DNA from: Dehalococcoidia bacterium
Lineage (GTDB): Bacteria > Chloroflexota > Dehalococcoidia > Lucifugimonadales > UBA1127
Direction of reading: 5' to 3'
Length of the DNA stretch: 64,000 bases
Assembly (NCBI GenBank): GCA_965116355.1
Contig: OZ220679.1
Location: 23,819 to 87,818 of the forward strand
Positions 1-8,944 of the stretch are shown here, in pieces (position 1 is the stretch's first letter; each line of letters starts with the position of its first letter). The notes beneath the pieces are model-generated. The model was given only the letters and a program-made list of their open reading frames with translations. It made no database searches and was not told where the DNA came from. Made by a program: the position numbers and the translations under genes.

Positions 1-2
1 AG

Positions 3-1628
3 ATCCGCGTGACGGCTACCTACCGCATCGGGGACAGCACCGCCAGGGAGACGGCGTCGCTGACCTCGGACTACCCGGTGATAGCGGAGAGGCCCTCGGA
101 CAGGAAGAACGCGCTCAAGTTCAACCCGGACGAGGTCACCATGGAGGTGGCCGAGAACAGCGGCAAGGGCACGGTGGTCGGCACGGTGACCGCCACGGGC
201 GCCCACGGCAAAGTCAACTACACGCTGGTCGATCCTAACACCGCCGACGAAAACAGGTTCAAGATCGACCAGCAGACGGGCCAGATAACAATCCTACTCG
301 ACAAGGGCTTCGATTTCGAGGCTGGTGCGGGCAGTGCTAGGAACTGCACAGATGAGGACAGATGCGAAGTCACGGTCAGGGCCACCGACGCCTCCGGCGC
401 AGCCACCGCCACCCCCGCCGACTCCGACAACAACGTCTACGTCGACATGACCGTGATCATTGCGATCACGGACGTGAACGAGAAGCCGGTGTTCGGCTCC
501 AATGATGAAGCCAACCCAACCAGTGCAGTCTCACCGAAGATGATAAAGAGTCCCGAGAACAGGAAAGCGCTATTCGACGACGATGGCCCCGTTACCAGCG
601 ACTTCGGCGTCACCTACGCGGCGACGGACCCCGAGGACCTCAACGTCAACCTGACGCTGATGGGGCCGGACGGGGCCAAGTTCGAGCTCGACGAGGAAGG
701 AGTGCTCTCCTTCAGGGAGGCGCCCGACTACGAGAAGCCGACGGACCGCAACCGGGACAACGTGTACGAGGTGACGGTGCGGGCCTCGGACGGTGTGCTG
801 CACGAAGACCGGATGGTCAAAGTCACCGTCACCGACGTAGACGAAGCTCCGTTGATCATGGCCAGCGGCATAGCCATATCCGGCCCAGGCTCGCGGAGCT
901 ATGCCGAGAACGGCACGGACGCCGTAGGGACCTACGAGGCCAGGGGCGAGGCCGCGGCCGCGGCCCGCTGGACCCTGGAGGGCGATGACGCCGCAGATTT
1001 CACGCTCAGCAGCGCCTCCGGCGCGAGCACGGAGCTCAGGTTCAGGAGCTCGCCCAACTACGAAGCTGCCGCGGACGCCGACAGGGACAACACCTACATG
1101 GTGACCCTCAAGGCGACCGCCAACGGCGAGATGGACACCCATGAGGTGACCGTCAAGGTCACGAACGTGGATGAGCTTGGTGCAGTGCGCCTTGCACCTG
1201 CAACCCCCACTGTCGGGAACCCAATCGCTGCCGCAGTTGCTGACAGGGACGGCGAAATTAGCAACCTTACCTGGGTGTGGGAAACCTCCTCGGACAAGGT
1301 GACCTGGACCGAAGTGACGGGCAGGGTGCAGGACGTGGGGGTCGAGCGAACCAGCGTCTACACGCCGGTCGCGGCGGACGAGGGCAAGTACCTCCGGGCG
1401 ACGGCCAACTACACCGACGGGCATGGGACCGGGAAGAGCGAGATGTTTGTGTCGACCAACATGGTGACCACAGGCGACCCGCTGGTCGCCCGGTACGACG
1501 CCAACAACGACGGTGAGATTCAGAAGCGCGAAGTCATTACGGCCATCAACGAATACCTCGATGGAGGTACAAACGCCCCCACCAAGGCCGATGTGATCCG
1601 GCTGATAAATCTTTACCTCGACGCCTAG
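3..1628 (+). CDS. Cadherin-repeat surface protein with C-terminal dockerin/EF-hand-like Ca-binding segment (5' end outside window)
   Basis: The frame is open to the window edge. Cadherin-type repeat ends recur (ITDVNEKP, VTDVDEAP, VTNVDELG). The C-terminus reads YDANNDGEIQKREVITAINEYLDG, a dockerin/EF-hand-like loop. Confidence 0.75.
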   Translation: MRVTATYRIGDSTARETASLTSDYPVIAERPSDRKNALKFNPDEVTMEVAENSGKGTVVGTVTATGAHGKVNYTLVDPNTADENRFKIDQQTGQITILLDKGFDFEAGAGSARNCTDEDRCEVTVRATDASGAATATPADSDNNVYVDMTVIIAITDVNEKPVFGSNDEANPTSAVSPKMIKSPENRKALFDDDGPVTSDFGVTYAATDPEDLNVNLTLMGPDGAKFELDEEGVLSFREAPDYEKPTDRNRDNVYEVTVRASDGVLHEDRMVKVTVTDVDEAPLIMASGIAISGPGSRSYAENGTDAVGTYEARGEAAAAARWTLEGDDAADFTLSSASGASTELRFRSSPNYEAAADADRDNTYMVTLKATANGEMDTHEVTVKVTNVDELGAVRLAPATPTVGNPIAAAVADRDGEISNLTWVWETSSDKVTWTEVTGRVQDVGVERTSVYTPVAADEGKYLRATANYTDGHGTGKSEMFVSTNMVTTGDPLVARYDANNDGEIQKREVITAINEYLDGGTNAPTKADVIRLINLYLDA

Positions 1629-1644
1629 AGCCCATTAGAAGACA

Positions 1645-1686
1645 GGACGCGAGGGTGCGCAATGGATACCGCGCACCCTCGCGTCC
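1645..1686 (+). terminator. Perfect 16-bp stem / 10-nt loop hairpin just after the stop of the first gene
   Basis: GGACGCGAGGGTGCGC (1645-1660) pairs with GCGCACCCTCGCGTCC (1671-1686). The stop codon is at 1626-1628. No T-tract follows, so intrinsic-terminator function is inferred only. Confidence 0.5.
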
Positions 1687-1705
1687 CAACGAAGGGGGCA
1701 TAAAC

Positions 1706-4198
1706 TTGTTCAACGCAGCTATAACCAGGATCGCGGCTGCCGCCATTGCCGTGGGTCTCGTCGCCCTGATGGCCATCCTGCCGGCAGCCGCGCAGCAAAG
1801 CCCCAGCGCGACGCGGTCCTTCTCCTCGGCATCGGTGGCGCCCGGCGCGGACGTGACGGTCACCATCGCCGTCGCCAACTACGGCGGGTTCGGTCGGGTG
1901 ACCGAGAACTTGCCGGCGGGGTTCACCTACAAGTCCTCCGGCCTCGACGACAGCCAGGTGGACAGCAGCCGCGGCGAGGAGGTCCGGTTCACCCTGCAGG
2001 GTGACAGCTCCTTCACCTACGTCGTCACCGCCTCCAGCACGGCCGGCGCCCACACCTTCTCCGGCACCCTACGAGACTCCGACAAAAACAACCACCCTGT
2101 CGGCGGCGCCTCCCGCGTCACCGTTGCCGGCCAACAGCGCGACGCCAGCGCGACGCGGTCCTTCTCCTCGGCATCGGTGGCGCCCGGCGCGGACGTGACG
2201 GTCACCATCGCCGTCGCCAACTACGGCGGGTTCGGTCGGGTGACCGAGAACTTGCCGGCGGGGTTCACCTACAAGTCCTCCGGCCTCGACGACAGCCAGG
2301 TGGACAGCAGCCGCGGCGAGGAGGTCCGGTTCACCCTGCAGGGTGACAGCTCCTTCACCTACGTCGTCACCGCCTCCAGCACGGCCGGCGCCCACACCTT
2401 CTCCGGCACCCTACGGGACTCCGACAAAAACAACCACCCTGTCGGCGGCGCCTCCCGCGTCACCGTTGCCGGCCAACAGCGCGACGCCAGCGCGACGCGG
2501 TCCTTCTCCTCGGCATCGGTGGCGCCCGGCGCGGACGTGACGGTCACCATCGCCGTCGCCAACTACGGCGGGTTCGGTCGGGTGACCGAGAACTTGCCGG
2601 CGGGGTTCACCTACAAGTCCTCCGGCCTCGACGACAGCCAGGTGGACAGCAGCCGCGGCGAGGAGGTCCGGTTCACCCTGCAGGGTGACAGCTCCTTCAC
2701 CTACGTCGTCACCGCCTCCAGCACGGCCGGCGCCCACACCTTCTCCGGCACCCTACGGGACTCCGACAAAAACAACCACCCTGTCGGCGGCGCCTCCCGC
2801 GTCACCGTCCAGGCCCCGCCAGGGCCTGCCTCCCGTTCCTTCTCCCCCTCGCAGGTAACCCCAAACGGGAAGGTCACGGTGCGGATCACTGCGGCTAACT
2901 ACGGTGGGTTCGGTCGGGTGACCGAGACCCTGCCCGCGGGGTTCATCTACAAGTCCACGAGCCTCGACGCCAGCCAGGTGGACGCCAGCGGCGGCCAGAC
3001 GGTCAAGTTCACCCTGCAAGGGGAAACGTCCTTCACGTACACGGCTACCGCGCCAGGCACGGCCCGCACCTACACCTTCTCCGGAACGTTCAGGGACAGT
3101 GACCGAAACGACACGGGTGTCGGCGGCGCTTCCCGCGTCACGGTGCGGGCCGCCTCAACCGGCGGCGGCTTCGGCAGCGGCGCCCCGCCCAACCGTGCTC
3201 CTTCCTTTGACGAGGGCGCCAGCGCCTCGCGCGCGGTCGCCGAAAATTCACCGGCCGGCACCTACGTCGGGCTTCCCGTGGCCGCCACCGACCTTGACAG
3301 GGATCGGGTCGGCTACAGCCTGGCCGGTGACGATGCGGCGTTGTTCAGGGTCAATCTGGGCAACGGCCAGATCTCCGTCGGCCTCGGCACCGAGTTGGAC
3401 TTCGAGGCGAAGGACTCCTACGTCGTCGACGTGGAGGCCACGGACGCCTCCGGTGCCCGTGACACCATCAGGGTCACCATCATGGTGACCAACGTGGACG
3501 AGGCGGGCGTGGTGACCCTGACGCCGGCTGCCCCGGCAATCGGCGCGCTGATTACGGCATCGCTCCACGAGCCCGACGGCGCCGTGACCGACCTCCTCTG
3601 GGGGTGGGAGCGCTCGCTGAACTTGAGCACCTGGGCCGCAGTGCCCGGCGACGGGTGGACCTACACGCCGTCGGAGGCTGACGCCGGCCACTATCTGCGG
3701 GCGACGGCGACCTACAGCGACGTCCTTGGCGGCAACAAGCGCGCGCAAGCGGTGACGTCCGAGGCAGTGCCTGTCCCGCCGACCCCGACCCCGACGGCGG
3801 CACCCACGGCCACGGCGACGGCGCCGCCCCCGGCACCCACGGCCACCGCGGTCCCTTCGGTACCCACGGCCACGGCGGTCCCTCCGGCCCCAACGGCCAC
3901 GGCGACGGCGGTGCCGCCGGCCCCCACGGCCACCGCGGTCCCTTCGGCCCCGACGGCCACGGCAACGGCGCCGCCGCCGGCTCCCACGGCCACCGCGGTC
4001 CCTCCGGCCCCAACGGCCACGGCGACGGCGGTGCCGCCGTCGCTAGCGCCCACCGTGATCGTTGTGACGCCAGCACCTACTGCGACGGTGGCGGTGGTGG
4101 AGGAAGGCGGATTCTCGCTATGGGTGGGCGTCCTAGTCCTCCTGGTGGTACTGGTATTAGCGGGAGTTGCAGTGCTCTACTTGACCTCAAGGAGGTAA
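1706..4198 (+). CDS. Repeat-rich cell-surface protein: signal peptide, 4 Ig/CARDB-like 114-aa modules, cadherin repeat, Pro/Thr-rich linker, C-terminal TM anchor
   Basis: The long ORF spans 1655-4198. The preferred start is TTG at 1706, with AAGGGGG 7 nt upstream, giving LFNAAITRIAAAAIAVGLVALMAILPAAAQQ as signal peptide. A cadherin-like end VTNVDEAG is present. A PTATA-type linker precedes the C-terminal GGFSLWVGVLVLLVVLVLAGVAVLYLTSRR. Confidence 0.85.
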   Translation: MFNAAITRIAAAAIAVGLVALMAILPAAAQQSPSATRSFSSASVAPGADVTVTIAVANYGGFGRVTENLPAGFTYKSSGLDDSQVDSSRGEEVRFTLQGDSSFTYVVTASSTAGAHTFSGTLRDSDKNNHPVGGASRVTVAGQQRDASATRSFSSASVAPGADVTVTIAVANYGGFGRVTENLPAGFTYKSSGLDDSQVDSSRGEEVRFTLQGDSSFTYVVTASSTAGAHTFSGTLRDSDKNNHPVGGASRVTVAGQQRDASATRSFSSASVAPGADVTVTIAVANYGGFGRVTENLPAGFTYKSSGLDDSQVDSSRGEEVRFTLQGDSSFTYVVTASSTAGAHTFSGTLRDSDKNNHPVGGASRVTVQAPPGPASRSFSPSQVTPNGKVTVRITAANYGGFGRVTETLPAGFIYKSTSLDASQVDASGGQTVKFTLQGETSFTYTATAPGTARTYTFSGTFRDSDRNDTGVGGASRVTVRAASTGGGFGSGAPPNRAPSFDEGASASRAVAENSPAGTYVGLPVAATDLDRDRVGYSLAGDDAALFRVNLGNGQISVGLGTELDFEAKDSYVVDVEATDASGARDTIRVTIMVTNVDEAGVVTLTPAAPAIGALITASLHEPDGAVTDLLWGWERSLNLSTWAAVPGDGWTYTPSEADAGHYLRATATYSDVLGGNKRAQAVTSEAVPVPPTPTPTAAPTATATAPPPAPTATAVPSVPTATAVPPAPTATATAVPPAPTATAVPSAPTATATAPPPAPTATAVPPAPTATATAVPPSLAPTVIVVTPAPTATVAVVEEGGFSLWVGVLVLLVVLVLAGVAVLYLTSRR
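1805..2809 (+). repeat. In-frame tandem repeat, period 342 bp, about 2.9 near-identical copies
   Basis: Copies begin at 1805, 2147 and 2489. The only difference found is a synonymous a/g at 2074 versus 2416 and 2758. A diverged fourth module follows at about 2830-3150. Confidence 0.95.
3767..4100 (+). repeat. Low-complexity Pro/Thr/Ala-coding repeat (PTATA(V/T)PPA units)
   Basis: The translation reads ...PTPTPTAAPTATATAPPPAPTATAVPSVPTATAVPPAPTATATAVPPAPTATAV... and the acggccacggcgacggcg units are visibly reiterated. Confidence 0.85.
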
Positions 4199-4200
4199 AG

Positions 4201-4277
4201 GGACTGGACAGTTAGGGCACGGCTTTCGGGTTCCGACCCTTAAGTCGTGCCCTAACTGGTGACTGGTTGTTCAGTCC
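4201..4277 (+). terminator. Long nested hairpin downstream of the surface-protein gene
   Basis: GTTAGGGCACG (4211-4221) pairs with CGTGCCCTAAC (4246-4256). The outer arms are GGACTG (4201-4206) and CAGTCC (4272-4277). It begins 3 nt after the TAA stop at 4196-4198. Confidence 0.45.
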
Positions 4278-4389
4278 CAGGGGGGAATTGCGCCCCCTCC
4301 ACCGGCCGTCCAGCTTCAATGTCCTTGAACACTTGACAGAGCCCCCCGAGAAAGCATGCATGACCTGAAAAATTTCAGATGTGTAAGAG

Positions 4390-6798
4390 GTGGGTGTGGC
4401 CTTGAGTGAAACCTGCTTTCTCAGACGAGAGAATGAGTTGCTGCGAGAGCGGCTCTCAAAGCTAAGCGATGTCAGCCTATGCATCAACGAGAGCCTGGAC
4501 CTGGACACGGTACTGCAGGGCGTGGTGGATGGGGCACGCTCCCTGACCGGCGCCCGCCAAGCCTGCGTAACCGTCCCGGGCGACGGGGGACTGCCGCCCA
4601 TCTTCATCACCTCCGGCATGACCCTGGAAGACAGGCGGCTACGTTTCGAGCTGCCCGGAGGGCGGGAGTTATTCGAGCACCTGAGCGGCCTGCGGGAACC
4701 TCTGCGGGTTGCCGACTTCTCCGGCTACGCCAAGGAGATGGGTCTACCAGAAATAGCGCCGCCGTTGGGACCGGTGGGAGCCTTTCTGGGTGCGCCTATA
4801 CCACACATGGGCGACCGGGTGGGCAACTTCTACCTGTCGGGCAAGGAAGGGGACGCGGGGTTCACACCGGAGGACGAGAGCATGCTGGTGCTCTTCGCCT
4901 CTCAGGCGGCGTTGGCCATCGCCAATGCCCGCCGCTTCCGCGAGGAGCAGCGGGCGAAGGCAGACCTGGAGGCGCTGATCCACACGTCGCCGGTGGGCGT
5001 GGTGGTCCTCGGCGCCGGGACGGGCAAGCTCCTGTCGATCAACCGGGAGGCGCTGCGGATCGTGGACGGGCTGCGGAGCCCGGACCAGAGCGTGGAGCAG
5101 CTGCTGGAGATGGTGACCTTTCGGCGGGCCGACGGTCGGGAGGTCTCGCTAAATGAATTCTCTCTGGCTGAGCTGTTAAGCGCAGGCGAGACAGTGCGCG
5201 CCGAGGAGATCTGGATGTCGGTCCCAGATGGCCAGAGCGTTACCGCTCTGATCAACGCCAGTCCAATCTACTTGAAGGGAGATGAACTCGAATCGTTCGT
5301 CGTAACGATTCAAGACATGACGTCGTGGGAGGAAATAGAGCGTATGCGAGTGGAGTTCCTGGGTATCGTGAGCCACGAATTGAGGACGCCACTTACTTCC
5401 ATCAGAGGCTCGGCGACGGCCCTGTTAGATGATGCATCCTCTCGAAGTCCCGCCGAAATGCGTGAGTTCTTTCGGATCATCGTCGAGCAGGCCGACCAAA
5501 TGGGTGCACTGATCAGCAACCTGCTGGATGTCGCGCGCATTGAGGCGGGGACGCTGCCGGTAGACCCCAAGTCGGTGAAGGTGATCGACCTGATCGACTC
5601 CGCAAGAAACATCTTCTCTAGCGGAGGAGGCGTGAACGATATCCACATTGATGTCCCTTACCACCTCCCCTTGGTCATGGCAGACCGTCAGCGCATCGTA
5701 CAAGTGCTTGGCAATCTCCTTTCCAATGCGGCTATGTACTCTTCCAATGCATCTCCCATTAGGGTTAGTGCAGTGTGGACGGGCCAGCACGTCGCCTTCT
5801 CCGTCACCGATGAGGGCCAGGGTATACCGGGCGAGAAGTTGCCCCACCTGTTCAGGAAACACTTCCGCCTCGACACCGAGGGCCAGGGACACGAACTTAC
5901 GAGATCGGGCTTGGGTCTTGCGATCTGCAAGGGTATTGTGGAGGCCCACGGGGGTCGAATTTGGGCCGAGAGCCGCGGAGAGGGCTTTGGAACTCGGTTC
6001 TCCTTTACGATCCCGGTGGTGGAGGAAAATCTGGGCAGCACGGATACATTATCCGCTCAGTCCTTGGCTTGGTCGTCGCAGAACGCCAATGTGCAACGCC
6101 CCATTCTCGTCGTAGACGATGACCCGCGGACGCTTTGGTACGTCCGAGATGCACTCTGGAAGGCGGGGTATAACTCAATAGTGACCGGTGACCCGAGAGA
6201 GGTGTTGAGCCTTATCAAGGTGAACTATCCGTTATTGGTCTTGTTGGACATGATGCTCCCGGGTACCGACGGCATCACACTAATGCAAGAGATACGGGGG
6301 GTGGCCGACGTGCCGGTAATCTTCCTGTCCGCCTATGGTCAGGAAGACTACATCATTAAGGCCCTTGACATGGGTGCGGTGGACTACATCGCAAAACCCT
6401 TCTCTCCGACTGAGCTTGCGGCAAGGATTAGGGCGGCGTTACGCCAGAGTAGGTCGGGACAAGAGCTGCCGGAACCGTATATGTTTGGGGACCTTACCAT
6501 CAATTACGCCCAACAGAGCGTAACCGTGGCCGGTCATCCGGTGGAATTGACCCCCACAGAGTACTCAATGCTGTACGAGCTCTCAGTAAACGCCGGTCAC
6601 GTATTGACCCACGATTACCTCCTGAGGCGGATCTGGGGACCGGAGTTCTTGGGCTACTCACAGCCTGTACGCTCCTTTGTCAAGAAGCTCCGCCGCAAAC
6701 TGGGCGACGACTCGAACAACCCGAAGTACATCTTTACGCGCCCTCGCGTTGGCTATCGCTTGGGGAAGGGTGAATGGTTCGAGGAAGCGACGACTTGA
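4390..6798 (+). CDS. Fused sensor histidine kinase / OmpR-type response regulator (GAF-PAS-HisKA-HATPase_c-REC-wHTH)
   Basis: H-box FLGIVSHELRTPLTSIRGSA, N-box GNLLSNAAMYS, G1 VTDEGQGIPG and G2 GSGLGLAICKGIVEAHGG are all present. The REC domain has VVDDDP...LVLLDMMLPGTDG...DYIAKPF. The C-terminal wHTH reads LTPTEYSMLYEL...KLRRKLG...IFTRPRVGYRL. Confidence 0.9.
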   Translation: MGVALSETCFLRRENELLRERLSKLSDVSLCINESLDLDTVLQGVVDGARSLTGARQACVTVPGDGGLPPIFITSGMTLEDRRLRFELPGGRELFEHLSGLREPLRVADFSGYAKEMGLPEIAPPLGPVGAFLGAPIPHMGDRVGNFYLSGKEGDAGFTPEDESMLVLFASQAALAIANARRFREEQRAKADLEALIHTSPVGVVVLGAGTGKLLSINREALRIVDGLRSPDQSVEQLLEMVTFRRADGREVSLNEFSLAELLSAGETVRAEEIWMSVPDGQSVTALINASPIYLKGDELESFVVTIQDMTSWEEIERMRVEFLGIVSHELRTPLTSIRGSATALLDDASSRSPAEMREFFRIIVEQADQMGALISNLLDVARIEAGTLPVDPKSVKVIDLIDSARNIFSSGGGVNDIHIDVPYHLPLVMADRQRIVQVLGNLLSNAAMYSSNASPIRVSAVWTGQHVAFSVTDEGQGIPGEKLPHLFRKHFRLDTEGQGHELTRSGLGLAICKGIVEAHGGRIWAESRGEGFGTRFSFTIPVVEENLGSTDTLSAQSLAWSSQNANVQRPILVVDDDPRTLWYVRDALWKAGYNSIVTGDPREVLSLIKVNYPLLVLLDMMLPGTDGITLMQEIRGVADVPVIFLSAYGQEDYIIKALDMGAVDYIAKPFSPTELAARIRAALRQSRSGQELPEPYMFGDLTINYAQQSVTVAGHPVELTPTEYSMLYELSVNAGHVLTHDYLLRRIWGPEFLGYSQPVRSFVKKLRRKLGDDSNNPKYIFTRPRVGYRLGKGEWFEEATT

Positions 6799-7372
6799 GC
6801 CTCTTGCGATATTTGGGCAGAACTTCCTCTTGAAGTTGGTCTAGACATTGCTCACGCTCTAACCTGCCTGTGGGACGAAGGGCTTGGGGACCACTTCCCT
6901 GATGCACATACATCTTGGGTGTCCCACGAGGCGCAACCGGTCGTCCACGCGCGATGAGTTGGAAGACACCGGCATCGCTTCCAACTCACAACCCGGTCGT
7001 AAGCCGCCGAGCCGGGACTGCCATCTCCCGGATCGTTTCGCATGTGGGTGGTCAGGCAGCCGATAGGAGAGGCCGGCGTCGTCATAGGCCGACGTCTCCA
7101 GGAGGGTGGTAAAATCCTTGAGGGCTTCCTTCCGGAGGCGTGGGTCTGGCAAGGCCCCGTGGAGTACTAGTCAAGGCGTAGGGAACTGAAAGCGCTCGCG
7201 CACAAGGTCCGCGAAGGACGTGAGGCGTTGGGTCGTAAGACAGCGGCCCTAGATGACGAGGTCGCCAGCGCTCCGGCGTGGGAGGCGGAGCATCGCCGCC
7301 TCCTGGAGCAACAGCTCCGGAGGGCGCGGTGCCCCCGGAGGCGTTCTTGATCGTGAGCACCCCCCACCGGCA

Positions 7373-7786
7373 TCACAACGTTGCACTATCCTGCCCTTCG
7401 GCCTCACCCAGCCGGTAGCCTACGCCAGGCTCGTTGAAGATGTACCTAGGATTGTTGGCTGGCTCCCCGAGCTTCTGGCGCAGCCGCTTCACGTAGGCCC
7501 GCACCACCCCAAAATCGTCAGGCGTCCGCGTTGACCAGACTCGGGTCATGAGGTGCTCCCTGCTTAGTGTCCGCCCAGCGTTTACGGCAAGCTCACAGAG
7601 CAGCCGGTACTCCGTTTCGGTCAACGCCACTGCCCGGCCGCCCAGCGTCACCCGGCGCCTGGCGTAGTCCACGGCCAGCTCCCCCTGTTGGGAATACTCC
7701 CAGAGCGGCTCCCTTTCCGGCGGGTCACGCCGAGGTCCGCGCCGGTCAGCCGAGCATCCCTCGAATCTCCTCCGCCTGTTTGTCAC
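7373..7786 (-). CDS. Orphan OmpR/PhoB-type winged-helix DNA-binding domain protein, probably a remnant of a third hybrid kinase/regulator paralogue
   Basis: LTETEYRLLCELAVNAGRTLSREHLMTRVWS...YVKRLRQKLGEPANNPRYIFNEPGVGYRL closely matches the C-terminus of the 9328-11730 protein. No REC or kinase part lies upstream. The Arg-rich N-terminus looks non-native. Confidence 0.6.
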   Translation of the reverse strand: MTNRRRRFEGCSADRRGPRRDPPEREPLWEYSQQGELAVDYARRRVTLGGRAVALTETEYRLLCELAVNAGRTLSREHLMTRVWSTRTPDDFGVVRAYVKRLRQKLGEPANNPRYIFNEPGVGYRLGEAEGQDSATL

Positions 7787-7931
7787 TCACTATTCTGATG
7801 ACCTTGCTGGACGGATCTTCCGCGGCGACACCGCGGACGGCCTTCCGCCCGTTCTTCAGGGTTACCAGCTCCGGGTCCTTGATAGCCACCATCTTCCTCA
7901 GCGTGAGCGAGTACGCCGTCAGTTCTCCCAT
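7746..7931 (-). CDS. Small hypothetical protein (61 aa)
   Basis: A strong SD is present (AGGAAGGAGACGGAA before the ATG at 7931). The composition looks plausibly coding and no family was recognised. It overlaps the annotated start of the wHTH ORF by 41 nt. Confidence 0.5.
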   Translation of the reverse strand: MGELTAYSLTLRKMVAIKDPELVTLKNGRKAVRGVAAEDPSSKVIRIVSDKQAEEIRGMLG

Positions 7932-8206
7932 TTCCGTCTCCTTCCTGTTTTGCCGGTTTTTGGGTTTGATTCCTCACAGACCCTTGGTAGGGTCTCAGCT
8001 CGAATAAACCGACCTGCTGAAAGAGCTAGCGGGTGCGATGGTTCGTTGCCGTGTGGCTCCGTTCTAACCTGGCTGCTGGATTGGCGTCGGCGCTCATCAA
8101 TACGGGCCGGCCGTAAGGGGAACCTCCCCAAGAGGCAACCCCCAGCATGAGGGCACTGGGGGTTACCTTCCCACGAGGGCTTGTTGAGGTCGGCCATCGC
8201 CCCCTT

Positions 8207-8944
8207 CTAGGAGCCGAAGGCCAGGATGTAGGAGAAGTTCTCCGTGTCATCCGTGTCGCAGACCACGTCGCTCTGCACTATCTCATCGTCCAGGTCCACG
8301 CTGGAGTCGTCGCAGCCCCGGGGCAGGTCGTCGTCCTCTATGTCGTCCTCTATGTCGTCAAACATGTCCTCCGCATCATCTTCGTCGTCGAACTGGAAAA
8401 CCGCGTGGAGCCTCACTTCGTCGTCACTCTCCTTTTGGATGGCGGAGCCCAGGATGCAGTCGGAGCCGCAATAGCGAAGGCTCCATGCCACCCCGAAAGG
8501 CAGCCTTGCGACCACGTCCGTCACCTCATCGGAGTAGGAATCATCCCCCTCCTTCCACCGTTCCAGCGCGTCCTCCATGTCGTCCTCGTACTCGGCGATG
8601 AGCACCGTGCCGCCGCCCAGGAAGGCGAAGGCTTCCCAGTATTCACTCCTGTTGACCCAGGCCTCCTCGCCCTCAATCTCATCGTCGTCATAGTCCTGGT
8701 CGTCCAATTCGTCCTTCAGATCGTCCAGGTCTTCGACACCGCCGAGAAGGATGAGGTCGCCGTCTTCAGCGACGCCGAAAGCCATGAACTCCAGGTCGTC
8801 GATGTCCAGGTCGAAGTCGTCTTCCAGGTATGGCGTGCTGGCCCAGCGCGATTCCACGATTCGCTGCAAGTCCCGCAGGTCGTCGTCGTCAAAGAGTTCG
8901 GCGGTGTCGATGTAGTACATACCGTTGGAGTCATCGGGCAGCAT
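8207..8944 (-). CDS. Extremely acidic (Asp/Glu-rich) hypothetical protein, probably a lipoprotein whose true start lies upstream of the first ATG
   Basis: The 245-aa ORF contains long D/E runs. The in-frame upstream sequence (8945-9058) encodes RREDRKGPLLAAFVLLLPTCGGG, a signal-peptide plus lipobox-like segment. Confidence 0.7.
   Translation of the reverse strand: MLPDDSNGMYYIDTAELFDDDDLRDLQRIVESRWASTPYLEDDFDLDIDDLEFMAFGVAEDGDLILLGGVEDLDDLKDELDDQDYDDDEIEGEEAWVNRSEYWEAFAFLGGGTVLIAEYEDDMEDALERWKEGDDSYSDEVTDVVARLPFGVAWSLRYCGSDCILGSAIQKESDDEVRLHAVFQFDDEDDAEDMFDDIEDDIEDDDLPRGCDDSSVDLDDEIVQSDVVCDTDDTENFSYILAFGS

Noticed and set aside
1805-3150. A regularly spaced repeat array that could be mistaken for a CRISPR or satellite locus.
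   Set aside because: The period is 342 bp with no spacer/repeat alternation. The repeats are in frame inside a long ORF that encodes a folded 114-aa module.
6799-7372. A 570-bp stretch with several short overlapping ORFs (for example 6859-7152(-), ...PDPRLRKEALKDFTTLLETSAYDD...). It was considered as a decayed gene or a small TA pair.
   Set aside because: No family motif, start/RBS signal or consistent frame could be recognised. It is left unannotated and needs a tblastx/HMM check.
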